Part shown: positions 22,310 to 33,546 of the stretch, one piece after another
How positions within the stretch are numbered: the first letter of the stretch is position 1
How the letters are laid out: every line of letters begins with the position of its first letter
Program-made: the position numbers and the translations under genes
Source: an uncultured Planctomycetota bacterium
Lineage (GTDB): Bacteria > Planctomycetota > Planctomycetia > Isosphaerales > Isosphaeraceae
Direction: 5' to 3'
DNA: 64,000 bases
Assembly (NCBI GenBank): GCA_963845755.1
Contig: CAWJTV010000042.1
Coordinates: 32,001 to 96,000, forward strand
The notes under the pieces: model-generated
The model's database searches: none
The model's input: only the letters and a program-made list of their open reading frames with translations
Told to the model about the DNA's origin: nothing

Positions 22310-23389
22310 ATGGTCTCGCGAATCCGACGGGGTTTCACGCTGATCGAATTGCTGGTGGTGATCGCCATCATAGCAGTACTGATCGCGTTGTTGCTCCCGG
22401 CCGTGCAGGCGGCACGGGAGGCGGCGCAGCGCGCCCAGTGCACCAATAACCTCAAGCAGATCGGCCTGGCGCTGCACAACTACCACAGCACCAACAATGC
22501 CTTACCCTGGGGCGACGGCCCATGGTGGATCGAGTGGTCGGCCCATACGCTGTTGCTCCCTTACATGGAGCAGGGCCCGATCTACAACGCCCTCAACTTC
22601 GTGGACACCGAGGCCATCGGCCTGACCCCCATGCCGAATGATAACCCGGCCAACACCACGGCGGAGTATCGCGCGATCTCCGGGTTCCTCTGCCCCTCGG
22701 ATCCGGATCGACTGACCAGCCCGGACGGACACAACAATTACATGGCCAATTCGGGCTCGGCGCCCAACTGTGCCTACGGCGGCAACGCGAATGCGCCATC
22801 CTGGAACGAGGCGGCCTCCGGGCCGTTCATCTACTCGTCCAGCGGCATCGACACCGGGCCGCCCGGATTCGGCGGTTCCTCGGTCAGCATCGCCAGCATC
22901 ACCGATGGTACGAGCAACACGGCCGCGTTCAGCGAACGGGTCAAGGCCATCGGCAACAACCTCACAGCCACCTCCGCGCCGTTCGATGGCGGTATCCCGA
23001 CCGCGTCGCTCGCCACACCCGCCGCGGTCGCCAACAACCTGGAATCGACGCCCCAGGCGTATTATCAGGTTTGCAGGGTGACACCACCCGTGCCGGTCAA
23101 CGGCAATCAGGACGCGGCGAACTTCAGTGATGATAACATCTCCGGCTCGACCTGGGTGACGGGACAGCCGGCCAACACGCGTTACGCTCACGTCATGACT
23201 CCCAACACATGGAGCTGCCGATCGGGACTCCAGATCGCGCACAACGCCAACAGCCATCATCCGGGGGGGGTGAACGTCTTGTTCTGCGACGGTTCGGTCA
23301 AGTTCCTCAAGACGTCCGTCAGTAACGTCACGTGGTGGGCCCTGGGGAGCCGGGCGGGCGGCGAAGTGATTTCATCCGATGCGTATTGA
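22310..23389 (+). CDS. DUF1559 prepilin-type N-terminal cleavage/methylation protein (H-X9-DG domain)
   Basis: [72 protein letters not shown]. Confidence 0.96.
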   Translation: MVSRIRRGFTLIELLVVIAIIAVLIALLLPAVQAAREAAQRAQCTNNLKQIGLALHNYHSTNNALPWGDGPWWIEWSAHTLLLPYMEQGPIYNALNFVDTEAIGLTPMPNDNPANTTAEYRAISGFLCPSDPDRLTSPDGHNNYMANSGSAPNCAYGGNANAPSWNEAASGPFIYSSSGIDTGPPGFGGSSVSIASITDGTSNTAAFSERVKAIGNNLTATSAPFDGGIPTASLATPAAVANNLESTPQAYYQVCRVTPPVPVNGNQDAANFSDDNISGSTWVTGQPANTRYAHVMTPNTWSCRSGLQIAHNANSHHPGGVNVLFCDGSVKFLKTSVSNVTWWALGSRAGGEVISSDAY

Positions 23390-23500
23390 CATCGATCGGC
23401 CGGGACGGTTCCTCGCCCCGTCCAGTCATCCGGAAACCGCTCCCGGCCGCCGACATCGCTGACCGATCCAACGACCATGGTACGAGGGATTCTTCCAGAA

Positions 23501-23965
23501 ATGAGCTCTCTTGATCGGATCGACCCCAGGGTCGTCACGCGGCAGAACACGTCCTTGATGGCGGTCGCCTTCCTGGGCTGCGCGATGGTCGCCGGTTGCG
23601 GGGACGACAAGCCCTACCATGATACGTCCTTGACCGAGGCGACCGTCAGCGGGACCGTCACGGCCAAGGGAGAACCGGTCACGGCGGGGACCATCAGTTT
23701 CAACGGCGCCAACTCCGGACGGCTCGTAGCTGCGAAGACGGCGGAGATCGGCCCGGACGGACGATATACCCTCAAGGCGTACACCGGGGATAATCAGGTC
23801 ACTTACGGCGGTGATGTGGCCAAGAAACACATGGGTGTCGGACTTCGGAAGGACTTCGCCACGGTCCAGTCCGGAGAGAACACATTCGATTTTGACGTCC
23901 TGGGAGAAGGCGGCAAGAATATCACGATTGATGTTACGAAGAAGTCGAAGCGCCAGAGGCGCTGA
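23501..23965 (+). CDS. Small lipoprotein, carboxypeptidase-regulatory-like (CarboxypepD_reg-like) fold, typical DUF1559 partner
   Basis: Lipobox VAGC; VSGTVTAKGEPVTAGTISF..AEIGPDGRYTL; FDFD near the C-terminus. Confidence 0.8.
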   Translation: MSSLDRIDPRVVTRQNTSLMAVAFLGCAMVAGCGDDKPYHDTSLTEATVSGTVTAKGEPVTAGTISFNGANSGRLVAAKTAEIGPDGRYTLKAYTGDNQVTYGGDVAKKHMGVGLRKDFATVQSGENTFDFDVLGEGGKNITIDVTKKSKRQRR

Positions 23966-24007
23966 GGTCTCGCGACCGGGCAATTTCAAGAGGGACGTGT
24001 TGCCATC

Positions 24008-25189
24008 GTGGGGCGAATCGCTCGGGTTTGGGGTTGGGCGGCCTTCGCCCTGGTCCTCTGTTGCGGTGTCGTCGCCGCGTGGCGCGCAACTCGCGGCCCG
24101 ACCAACCCCGACCGGGTCTGGGCGGATGCCGAGCGCGCGTTTCTGGCCGGACATTGGGATCGCGCGCGCGCCTCGTTGAAGGCACTGGAGCGGATCCGGC
24201 CCAAGAACCCCATGGACTGGATCCTGGAAGCCCAGCTCGCCACGGCGGAAGGCCACCCCGACCAGGCGCTCGCCGCAATCGATCGAATCCCCGGCGACCA
24301 TCCGATCGCCGCCCAGGCCCTCTTGCTCGCAGGCCGGATCGAGCGACAGCAGAATCGCTTGACGAAGGCGGAATCCGCCTTCCGCAGGGCCATCGCCGTG
24401 AAGCCCGGCCTGGTCGAAGCCCACAAGGAATTGATCTATATCCTCGGCATCCAGTCGCGCCGTCGCGAGGTCGATGCCGAGTTTCAGGCACTCGCCCGAC
24501 TCACGCCGCTCACTCATCACGATCTGTTCACCTGGTCTCTGACCCATTTCACCCAGTGGAGTCCGGACATCGTCGAGGATCTCGAGGGATTCATCAGGTC
24601 CGACCCCGAGGATCGTTATAGCCGGTTGGCGCTGGTCGAGCTCCTGCTGGAACGGCCCGGAGCGGAGACGGAGATCGAGAGGATCCTCGAGCCGCTGCCC
24701 AACACCGATCTTGACGCGCTGGCGCTTCGGACCAATCTGGCCTTCAATCTCGGTCAATTCGACAAGGTCAACAACCTGCTCGCCTCGGCCCCGACCGATC
24801 ACCCGCGAATCGCCCGGATTCGCGGAGAGATCGCGCTCCGGCAACGCGATCTCGACGGCGCGATCCGCCATTTCCAGCAGGCGCTCAGTGCCGAACCTTA
24901 CGATCGCGTCTCGCCCATGCAGCTCGCGCAGGCGCTCCGGCTCAAGGGAGAACGAATGGCCGCGGACGCCTATCTCGACCGCGTCCGACCGCTCAACCGT
25001 TTGTACAACCTGATCATGCGGATCCGCACGCCGAAACGAGCAAACCAGGTTTCCGACCTGGGGGAGCTTGGGAAGGCGTGCGAGGACGCCGGGCTGAGCG
25101 AGGAAGCCAGGGGCTGGTACGCGCTCGCGGTCGCGGCCAATCCCCTCGACCGCGACGTTCAGCAGGGGCTGCACCGGCTCCACCCCTGA
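24008..25189 (+). CDS. Membrane-anchored tetratricopeptide repeat protein
   Basis: N-terminal TM segment, then helical TPR-like repeats (AESAFRRAIAVKPG; AIRHFQQALSAEP). Confidence 0.85.
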   Translation: MGRIARVWGWAAFALVLCCGVVAAWRATRGPTNPDRVWADAERAFLAGHWDRARASLKALERIRPKNPMDWILEAQLATAEGHPDQALAAIDRIPGDHPIAAQALLLAGRIERQQNRLTKAESAFRRAIAVKPGLVEAHKELIYILGIQSRRREVDAEFQALARLTPLTHHDLFTWSLTHFTQWSPDIVEDLEGFIRSDPEDRYSRLALVELLLERPGAETEIERILEPLPNTDLDALALRTNLAFNLGQFDKVNNLLASAPTDHPRIARIRGEIALRQRDLDGAIRHFQQALSAEPYDRVSPMQLAQALRLKGERMAADAYLDRVRPLNRLYNLIMRIRTPKRANQVSDLGELGKACEDAGLSEEARGWYALAVAANPLDRDVQQGLHRLHP

Positions 25190-25402
25190 GTTCCGATGAG
25201 GCGGCGAATGCCCGGACGATGCGGGTTCGAACGGAGCCTTGCCCCCATCATTAAGGGCCCTCCGGCCTAGGTATTGTTCGACGCTGTCAGGTAGGATGAA
25301 TGTCGACTACCGATGATCGGCCGAGTTCGTGAGACGCGATCCGCCTGCCGCGGGAACGGCCGACCTTCATCCCCGGGACGCCCAGGAACCTTGACGAGCT
25401 CG

Positions 25403-26646
25403 ATGAAAGCGGAAACCGCAGGAATCCCACGGATCCGAAGCCGGCGCCTGGTGCGGCTGGGAGTGGCCCTGACGATCGCGGCGGCGGCTCTGGCCGGGGC
25501 CGGCGCAGCCTGGCTCGGCTGGTCGCGGCCGGACGCCGATCGGGTCTGGAATGATGCGGAGGCCGACGTTCGAGCGGGGCGATGGCAGAACGCCCGCGCG
25601 GGGCTGAGGCGGCTGGAGCGGTTGCGGAAGCCCACGGCGCAGGACTGGATGCTCCGGGCCCAGATCGCCACCGCTGCCGAGGACGATGCCGCGGCGCTCG
25701 AAGCCCTGCGCCACGTCCCCGAGGGTCACCCCCTGTTCCCCCAGAGCCTTTACATGACCGGACTGATCGAGCGCACGCATCGCCGCCTCCGCTATGCCGA
25801 GGCCGCCTACCGCAAGGCTCTCGCCTGCGAGCCCGGGCTAGTGAATGCCCGCAAGGAATTGATCTATATCCTCGGAATGCAGATCCGCCGTCGCGAGATC
25901 GACGCCGAGTTCAAGGCCCTGTCCCGGGTCACTCCGCTCACACACCGCGACCTGTTCACCTGGGGCCTGACCCACTTTGTCCACTGGGGTCCGGACAGCG
26001 CGGACCAGATCCAAGCCTTTATCCAGGCCGACCCGGACGACCGATTCAGCCGGCTGGCACTGGCCAGGTTCCTGATCGATCAGCCCAGCGGGAGGGCCCG
26101 GGTCGAGTGGGCCCTCGAGCCGCTACCCGCGGATGATCCCGAGGCCCTGGCCCTGCGTGTCGAGCTCAGGCTGAACAATGGCGAGGTCGAGGAAGCGCTG
26201 GGGATGCTCGCTCGTACGACGGAGAGCAATCCCGCCCTCGAACGGCTGAGAGGACGTGCCGCCATGATGCGGGGTGACGCCGCTGGCGCAATCCGCCACT
26301 TCCAGGCCGCGCTCAGCGACGAACCTTATGATCGCGTCTCGATCGGCGAGCTCGGAAGGGCCCTCCTCATCCGGGGCGATCGCGCGGCGCCAGCCGCTAC
26401 TTGACCCGCGCCAAGCAACTCGACGATGTCTACAACCTGATCAATCGCGTCAGCAAGACGGAACACGAGAACAAGCCCACGGACCTGAATCGCCTCGGCC
26501 GAGCCTGCGAGGCAGCCGGATTGATCGACGAGGCTCACGGCTGGTATATGCTGGCGATCGGCCACAACCCGCTGGATAGCGAGGCCCAACAAGCGTTGCA
26601 CCGGCTTCGTGATCCGAGCACGGATGGGACGAGTCTCCAACCGTGA
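25403..26646 (+). CDS. Membrane-anchored TPR protein, paralogue of 24008..25189; frameshift near 26395
   Basis: Shares DRVW.DAE, KELIYILG.Q.RRRE.DAEF.AL.R.TPLTH.DLFTW.LTHF, EPYDRVS and ACE.AGL..EA.GWY with the upstream TPR. ORFs 25313..26404 and 26401..26646. Confidence 0.85.
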
Positions 26647-26659
26647 ACTCCGAACAAGA

Positions 26660-28225
26660 ATGAAGAAGGGCATGCTCGCCGGCGAGCGACCTTCGATTCG
26701 GCCCGTCCTACAACCCGAGTCTGCGTCAAAACTTGACGCGATTCGGATCGGAAGTCCAGGGCCGAAGGCCCGGTCCGGCCGATATCAGACTGAGAAGACC
26801 TGTCGTCGCTTTCCGGCGGCGACGTCTTCGCGAGGCGATGATCTTCATCCTGGGGCCGGCTTGCCGGTTGAGTCGTCGGGGCAATCTCGGCGGAGCCGAC
26901 CGGCGGAAACGGCCCAGCGAGCGGCAAACAGGACGGCCCCTCTTTTGATTGCGACCTCGAGCAAACCGAACACTCGGTCCAGGCCCGCGGGCCGACAACC
27001 CCGCGTAGGCGTCCACAAACCCTCAGGTTCGGCTCCCCGGGCCGCCGCCGACGGGCGGCGGCTCCCGGCCGTGCTGCTGGGACTGGGGCTCGCCACGCTG
27101 ATGGGCCTGACCACGTGGGCGGTGGCCTCGGTCTCGATCTGGCTGGTGCCGGCTTATCTGTCGCTCATCATCTTGATCTTCACCGCACCCGGGGCCAGGC
27201 GTGTGAAGTCACCGGCCACGAAACCGACAACGGGGTCGCCGGACGCGGATGTCGCCCTCTCAGGCCGGAGACCGGGATCCGATCGCGCGGATGGGATGGG
27301 AGAAACCCATCCTGTCTCCGACCCGAACTCGAGCCTCCCGGCCGATGAAGGGGCCGAATCCTCGGCAAGTTCCCCCGATTCAGCCGGTCCCCACAACGCC
27401 AAGCCCCGCCGGAGCCGAGCCCGGTCTCGCAAGGCGGCCAAATCGGCCGCCGAGCTCGCACCGGACTCGTCCCCGGTCACCTGGATCCGCGTCGGCCCCG
27501 GTCAGTTCGTCCGTGCCGACGTCCGGACCCCGGAACCTCCCCAGGCACCGGCCGAGGAGGTCGCCCCGGAGGCACATTCGGCAACGGAAGTGCCCCCGCC
27601 GGTGACTCCGGCCGACGAGGTCGCCCCGCCTGCGGACCCGACGGTGGACGGTCTCGCAGCCGTCCCATCGGTGACGCCGTCGCCGCGACCTCTCGCGGTA
27701 TCGGCGGATCCGGTCCCGATCGACTCGCCGGAGTCACCTCCGGAGGACGAGCGGCCGGATCCGTCTACTGGCGAGAACCCTCCGGAACCGCCCGCCGAAG
27801 AGTACGGTATCGCACCCTCTGCCTTCGGCCCGGAAACGGAGGATTCTCCTTCGAGCCCGAGCCTGGTTTCCCGCGTCTCGGATGGGTCCGTCCTGCTGGT
27901 GGCCGATCCCGATCGAACCGCTAACCTGGACGGTCCTCCGTCGAACGGCGAGTTCCCTCCTGGTCCCACCGGTTTGCGACGGCCACGATCGTGGCTGCGT
28001 ACGGCGTTCCTCCCTCGGGGGATCGCCAACGTGTCCCTGGGCCGGGGATCGAACGTCACGTCCTCGCGACGCGACGTCCGGACTCGTCCCGGGCCACGGA
28101 CCGCATCCGGGCTCCGGTCCTCAACGGACCTCCGCTTGCGACAAGCGGCCCGTCGCGCCTACGGTCGAACCGATCACGTCTTTCGCGATTGGCGTCCCCG
28201 ATCGCCGCCTTGCCACGGGATCTGA
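26660..28225 (+). CDS. Hypothetical protein: two-TM hairpin with a long Pro/Glu/Ser-rich disordered region
   Basis: Long open frame with a hydrophobic LLGLGLATLMGLTTWAVASVSIWLVPAYLSLIILIF segment, a short ordered motif VTWIRVGPGQFVRAD and an Arg-rich tail. The start is uncertain. Confidence 0.55.
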   Translation: MKKGMLAGERPSIRPVLQPESASKLDAIRIGSPGPKARSGRYQTEKTCRRFPAATSSRGDDLHPGAGLPVESSGQSRRSRPAETAQRAANRTAPLLIATSSKPNTRSRPAGRQPRVGVHKPSGSAPRAAADGRRLPAVLLGLGLATLMGLTTWAVASVSIWLVPAYLSLIILIFTAPGARRVKSPATKPTTGSPDADVALSGRRPGSDRADGMGETHPVSDPNSSLPADEGAESSASSPDSAGPHNAKPRRSRARSRKAAKSAAELAPDSSPVTWIRVGPGQFVRADVRTPEPPQAPAEEVAPEAHSATEVPPPVTPADEVAPPADPTVDGLAAVPSVTPSPRPLAVSADPVPIDSPESPPEDERPDPSTGENPPEPPAEEYGIAPSAFGPETEDSPSSPSLVSRVSDGSVLLVADPDRTANLDGPPSNGEFPPGPTGLRRPRSWLRTAFLPRGIANVSLGRGSNVTSSRRDVRTRPGPRTASGLRSSTDLRLRQAARRAYGRTDHVFRDWRPRSPPCHGI

Positions 28226-28301
28226 GTGCGAGGAATCGCCTCGAGGGGCGGTACGCAAGTGCCGCCCCTTTCCTTTGATTGACAGTCTCCGAGGGATGAT
28301 G

Positions 28302-28685
28302 ATGGGAGGTCGAGAACTCGTCGCACTGGATGATCGATTCGCCATATCCCGGCTGTCCACTGACGCGCCGCTCCCGAACTGGGCAGAGGGTGGCCCTTTC
28401 CTTTCGATCACCCGCACTCCGGACGAGTTATCCGTGGTTTGCCGCGAGCCGCAGGTGCCCGCTGATGTGAAATCGGAGCGGGGCTGGCGATGCCTGCGCG
28501 TCTCGGGACCGCTCGACTTCGCCGCGGTCGGCATCCTGTCTTCGCTCATCGAACCGATGGCCGGTGCCAGCATCCCCGTCTTCGTCATGTCAACGTTCGA
28601 CACCGACTACCTCATGATCAAGGACGTCGACTTCGATAGAGCCGTCGCGGCAATGCGAGATGCAGGACATACCGTCGTACTCTGA
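28302..28685 (+). CDS. ACT domain protein (DUF2241/CASTOR ACT-like)
   Basis: FLSITRTPDELSVVC; GWRCLRVSGPLDFAAVGILSSL; SIPVFVMSTFDTDYLMI; GAGGG RBS. Confidence 0.9.
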   Translation: MGGRELVALDDRFAISRLSTDAPLPNWAEGGPFLSITRTPDELSVVCREPQVPADVKSERGWRCLRVSGPLDFAAVGILSSLIEPMAGASIPVFVMSTFDTDYLMIKDVDFDRAVAAMRDAGHTVVL

Positions 28686-29204
28686 ATGGAGGACGTGTTG
28701 ACCGCGGCCCGCGAATCTAATGCGCAGGGGGCCATCACCTCAGCCGACGGTACCTGACGATCTCCGCAATCGCCCGATCCACGACACGCAGTCGTCGGGG
28801 ATCCGTCCTCATTGAGAAGCCCATCCATCCCGACGCCGGGTTGCGTGCGACCGCCGAAGGATCGGACGGAGTGATCCAGGAGAGTTCCCCGAGGGTTGCG
28901 GTTTTCGGAGCCAGCGATGAGTTAGACGTCGAGATCGCCAGTTCCGGATTGTTGCCGATTCTGTCGGGCATGAGCCGCGACAGGACATCGGCCGTGCTCG
29001 GCTCGGTCGTCGTGGATTGGACTCCCACGAGGAGGTCGAGCAGAGGAGAAACCGCGGGCCGATTCGTTCCGACCGCGCAGTCCCCCGGCGGCCGGCGAAA
29101 TCGGATCCGTCGCAGACGGTCGATAATTCCCAGGTTCGGATGGTGTCTCATGGATCTCTCGGAGTGGTTCGTTTCGCGGCGCCGGGCAAGAGCGGCCGGC
29201 GCAT

Positions 29205-29402
29205 TCACGAAGGCCGGCTCGAACTGACGGATTTTGGGAGAGACGCGGCGGGGACCTGGAGGAGTTCACCTCTGAGGATCGTGAGTTCTTCCGGTGCGTC
29301 GATGGCAATCCGAACCTGTCGGCCGCGGATTGCGGTAATGGTAATCTGGATGTTCTCACCGATGGTGATCGTTTCGTCGATCTTCCGGCTCAGGACCAGC
29401 AT
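29205..29402 (-). CDS. csrA: Carbon storage regulator CsrA family RNA-binding protein
   Basis: MLVLSRKIDETITIGENIQITITAIRGRQVRIAIDAPEELTILRGEL; GGAGGAG RBS. Confidence 0.92.
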   Translation of the reverse strand: MLVLSRKIDETITIGENIQITITAIRGRQVRIAIDAPEELTILRGELLQVPAASLPKSVSSSRPS

Positions 29403-29899
29403 CGAATCTCCTCCCTGGTGTGTGGTGATGAACGAGGGCCTAAAGCCGCTCAGGGGCTGCCCCGAATCTGCCGATTCCCCGTGACGCCGATTCGGCGGGA
29501 ACGCCACGGGCCGGGAGCGAAGCTCCCTCGATCGCGATGGATCGATTGCCCTGAAGAGATACACGCAATAGAGACGGTAAACCGAGCGCGGAAAACTCGG
29601 CTATTTGCGAAATCAATGAGTTCGATTCGCTCAAGCGATGGCATATCTTCCTGAAACACTTCGGCTACATGTCGGATGATAGCCGCTGGCATGATGGAAC
29701 GGCCTTGCCTGACTGAATCGCGGAGGCTGCGATTCCCAGCCCATCGTGTCGGCTGAGCGCGATGGCTCCTGGTCAAGCCCTAATCAGGGCTGTACCGCGC
29801 GGTGGTGGCGAGCTAAAATTTCCCTGTCCGGTTCGACGCGACCGGTCGTTCGAGGCCGCTCAAGGAATGGGATGGACACCGAGGGATCTGGAGGGAGCC

Positions 29900-32800
29900 A
29901 TGATCGTCGCGAGGAGGAGGAATCGGAGTCGTTGGTCGGCCGCAATAACCATGGGGTTCGCCCTGATGGCGACCGTCGCGGTCGTGGCCGAGGCGGACGC
30001 GCAAGACAAGCGAGAGACGGAGATCGCGCAGCTCATCAAGTCCGTCGAGCAAGATCCGCTCCGGGCGGATGCGGCCGTGAAGGAATTGATTCGCATCGGC
30101 AAGCCAGCCGTGCCGGCATTGATCACGACCCTGAAGTCCCCTCAATCCGAGGTGCGTTGGGTCGTTGCTGCCATACTGCAAGAGATCGGTCCCGCGGATG
30201 GGCGCATTCTCCCCGCTCTGGTCGAGTCGATGAGCCGGGTATCGTCGCCACCGGGATGGAGCTATCCCTTTGGCCCCGATGAAGGCCTGGCCCTCGCCAC
30301 CTCGCTCCGCGCCATGGGTCCGGATGCCGTGAAGCCCGTGATCGAAACCCTCTACCACAAGCAGCCCTTCGCCAGAGCCACGGCCGCGCTGACGCTCGCA
30401 CTTTTTAGCGACGACAGGGGTCTGAAACTCGCCGAAGCTCCGCACCCGGATCCCAAACCGATCACGCTCGATCGTGAGGTGATTGCACGGCTCATCGCGA
30501 CTCCTCGACGACAACGAGGCGCCCGTACGCTCGGCGGCCGCTACGGCGCTGACGACGATCGCCCCGTCGAACGCCCAGGCGGACGCGGTGATCGCCGCAC
30601 TGGTCAAGCGGATCAGGGACCCAAGCGAGCAGGTCCGGACATCCGCGGTTGCGGCTGTTATTCGATTCGGACCGAAGGCCAAGGCAGCCGTAGGCCCGCT
30701 TGCCGACTGGTTTCAGAAGGAATCCCGATCGCTGGTTGCCGAGGCCCTCGGGTCGCTCGGCGCGGAAGCCGCGCCGGCCGTTCCAATGCTGATCGAGGCG
30801 GCACGGGACAAGAGTGCCGGCACCCGCGAAAACGCGGTCCTTGCTCTGGGATTGATCGGATCGAAGGTCGAAGGTGTCCTCCCGGTCTTACGGGCCGCGA
30901 TGGCTGACTCCGACCGCAATGTCCGTAATCGGGCTTCGTCGGCGCTGGCTCCCCTCGGCGGGCCGGAAATCCCCAGGCTCATCGAATCCCTTCGTGGTCA
31001 CGACGCTCAGGCCCAGAGGACGGCCGCGGGTGCCCTCAGGGAGATGGGACCCAAGGCGGCACCCGCCGCTCCCGCACTGATCACTCACCTGGCCGACGAC
31101 CATGAGGGTGTACTCACGGACGTTCTTCGGGCGCTGACTGCGATCGGTGCCCCGGCAGTCCCCGCATTGGTTGAGGCGCTGGGGCATTCGAAATCCGCGC
31201 ATCCGGCTCGGTGCCGCTGAAGTACTGGGCAGGATTGGCCTGCCCGCGACACGCGCCGCCGATAGGCTGATAACACTTCGTGCGGGCGACCCCGACCCTG
31301 AAGTCCGCCGTTATGCTGCGCTCGCCCTGGCTGGCTTGCGGCCCGGCGATCCCGCGAGCATCGACGCACTGGCCGAGGCGATCCGCGACAAGCACCAGCA
31401 TGCCGACAGTCGCGTCCACCAGGCCGCTCAGCAAATCGCGGATGATCTTGGCCGCTCTGGGAAGAAGGAAGCGACAACTGAGCTGATCGAGGTCCTGGCG
31501 CGGCTATGTGCCGGCGCCACGATCCAGAAACGCCCAGGTCTGCACGGCGAGGAAGACAACTCTTTGGGCTGTATGGTCGTCCAACGAGCGCTGGAACAGG
31601 TGAGCCCCGATACCCTTCCTATCCTGATCCAGGCCCTGGGAAGAAAGGATGTTCAGGACAGTCTGCCTGGAGTCTTTCAAAAAATCGGAGCGCCGGCCGT
31701 GCCCGGCCTGATCGCGGCCCTGAAGTCAGACGATCCCGTGCGACGTGCGAGTGCGGCATCGGCTTTCCAATCGATCGCGTTTTCCGAGGAGAACCGCGAG
31801 CACACTCTACCGGCCGTGCCAGTCCTGACCGACCTCTTGAATGACAAGGACTCGCATGTCCGGGCCGCTGCGGCATCGGCCCTGGGCGAGATCAATATGC
31901 TTGGCGCCAAAGCCACTGGTCTCCTCATCCAGCAACTGACCGACGCCGACAAGCAGGCTGCCATCCGGGCCGGCCTGGCGGTCAAGAAGGCGAAAGTCGA
32001 TGCCGGAACGGCGATCCCTGGATTGATCGCGCTATTCCGCAGGCCGGAACGAGAGATCCGTGAATGGGCGATGGAAGCCCTCGCCAAAATCGGTCCCACG
32101 GCGGTGCCGGCACTCCTCAAGCTCTTGAAAGAAGGAGATCGAGAAGGGCGCGTCGGAGCCATCGAATCACTCCGAAAGATGGAAGTCGACCACGACAGCC
32201 TGGAAGCCATCGTTGGCGATGTCGCCGTTCCACTCGCCGAAGCGTTGAAGGATGAAGATCGCTGGGTCCGCCATTGCGCGGGCTACACCCTATATTGCCT
32301 CCACGAGAAAGCCGCGCCGGCACTGCCTACGCTGATTGCACTCCTGGATCACGAGAGGAACGCGACTCGCGTCGAGGCGATCGGTGTCCTCGGCATACTT
32401 GACCCGCGAGCGGTCCCGGCCCTCGTCCGGGCGTTGGGAGATGCCGATCCTCTGATCCGTGCCGCGGCGGCGAGCTCGCTCGGAGGCTCTCTCAGCCCCG
32501 GCGCGGGCGCCATCGAACCGCTTCTTCACGCCTTGAAAGACAAGGACGCCCGCGTAAGGGCATCGGCAGCGGAATCGCTGAGCGGGGCCATGGTTGCATC
32601 GTCGGGTCGCGCCGTCGATCCGGAGTTCATCGAGGAGTTATTCCCCGATTTCGACCTCTCGCCTGCTGCACTGAGCGCGGCGAGGGTGGCGACCGAGATC
32701 GCTTTCTCGGCTGTGGTCGGTCGGCCCGCCACGAAGATGTTTCGCCTGCTGACTGGCGAGAGTGTTGACTCAGCCTGGGAAGCCCCGTTGCGAGAGGGCT

Positions 32801-33499
32801 TGATTTCCGCGCTCAGCGATCCCGAAGCGTTGGTGCGGCGAAATGCCGTCAGGAGCCTGGGAAGCCTCGTCGCTGGTGCTGAGGCGGTTATCGATCCCTT
32901 GCTCAAACGGCTGGGTGACTCTGATCTTGATGTTCGTACCGCTGCCGCCGAGGCGATCTCCAAGATGGGGCCCTCCGCTGTTCCTCGCCTCGCCCGATTG
33001 CTGACCGACGGCGACGCCAATGTCCGTGCCGCGGCTGCGGTGTCTCTCGGACAGATGCAGCCAGGTGCCATCCGGCCGGCGACTCGATGCCCTGGTCAAG
33101 TGTCTGGAAGATCCGGATGTGGACGTACGCACGCAAACCATCCAAGCTCTGGCGGTTCTTCCCCAGGGCGATGCGGAAACCTTCGATTCGCTGGCGCGCC
33201 GCATGATCGATCCCCTTCTGAGAGGATTGAAACAGTCAGACGTGAAAGTGCGGCGTGTCGTTTCGCGGGCCCTCGAGTGGATCGGTCCCCGGGCTAGCCG
33301 GGACGACGCGACGATCTCGGCTCTGATCCACGCCCTGGAAGACCCCGACCCCGAGGTACGAAAGAACGCTGCCGTGGCACTCCGGGCCTTCGAAGCCCGA
33401 GCCCTGAGAGCGGTTCCCGCCCTTCGCAAGGCGTGCAAAGACCCGGACGCCGATGTTCAGGACAAGGCCCGAAATGCGATCGACATCATCGTGCAGTGA
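29900..33499 (+). CDS. Large exported HEAT/PBS-lyase repeat protein (~1200 aa; frameshifts near 30500, 31190 and 33080)
   Basis: N-terminal signal/TM, then many AVPALI..L.D.D..VR..AA..L repeats across ORFs 29762..30907, 30483..31220, 31147..33297 and 33020..33499. Confidence 0.85.
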
Positions 33500-33546
33500 G
33501 GGCGCCGGACAAGTGGTTTCATGGGCCAAGTCGCTGCCTGCGGCGA

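Noticed and set aside
28735..29208. 157-aa ORF overlapping the csrA stop codon
   Set aside because: No recognisable motif and several competing ORFs of similar length, so it cannot be supported. It is not excluded either.
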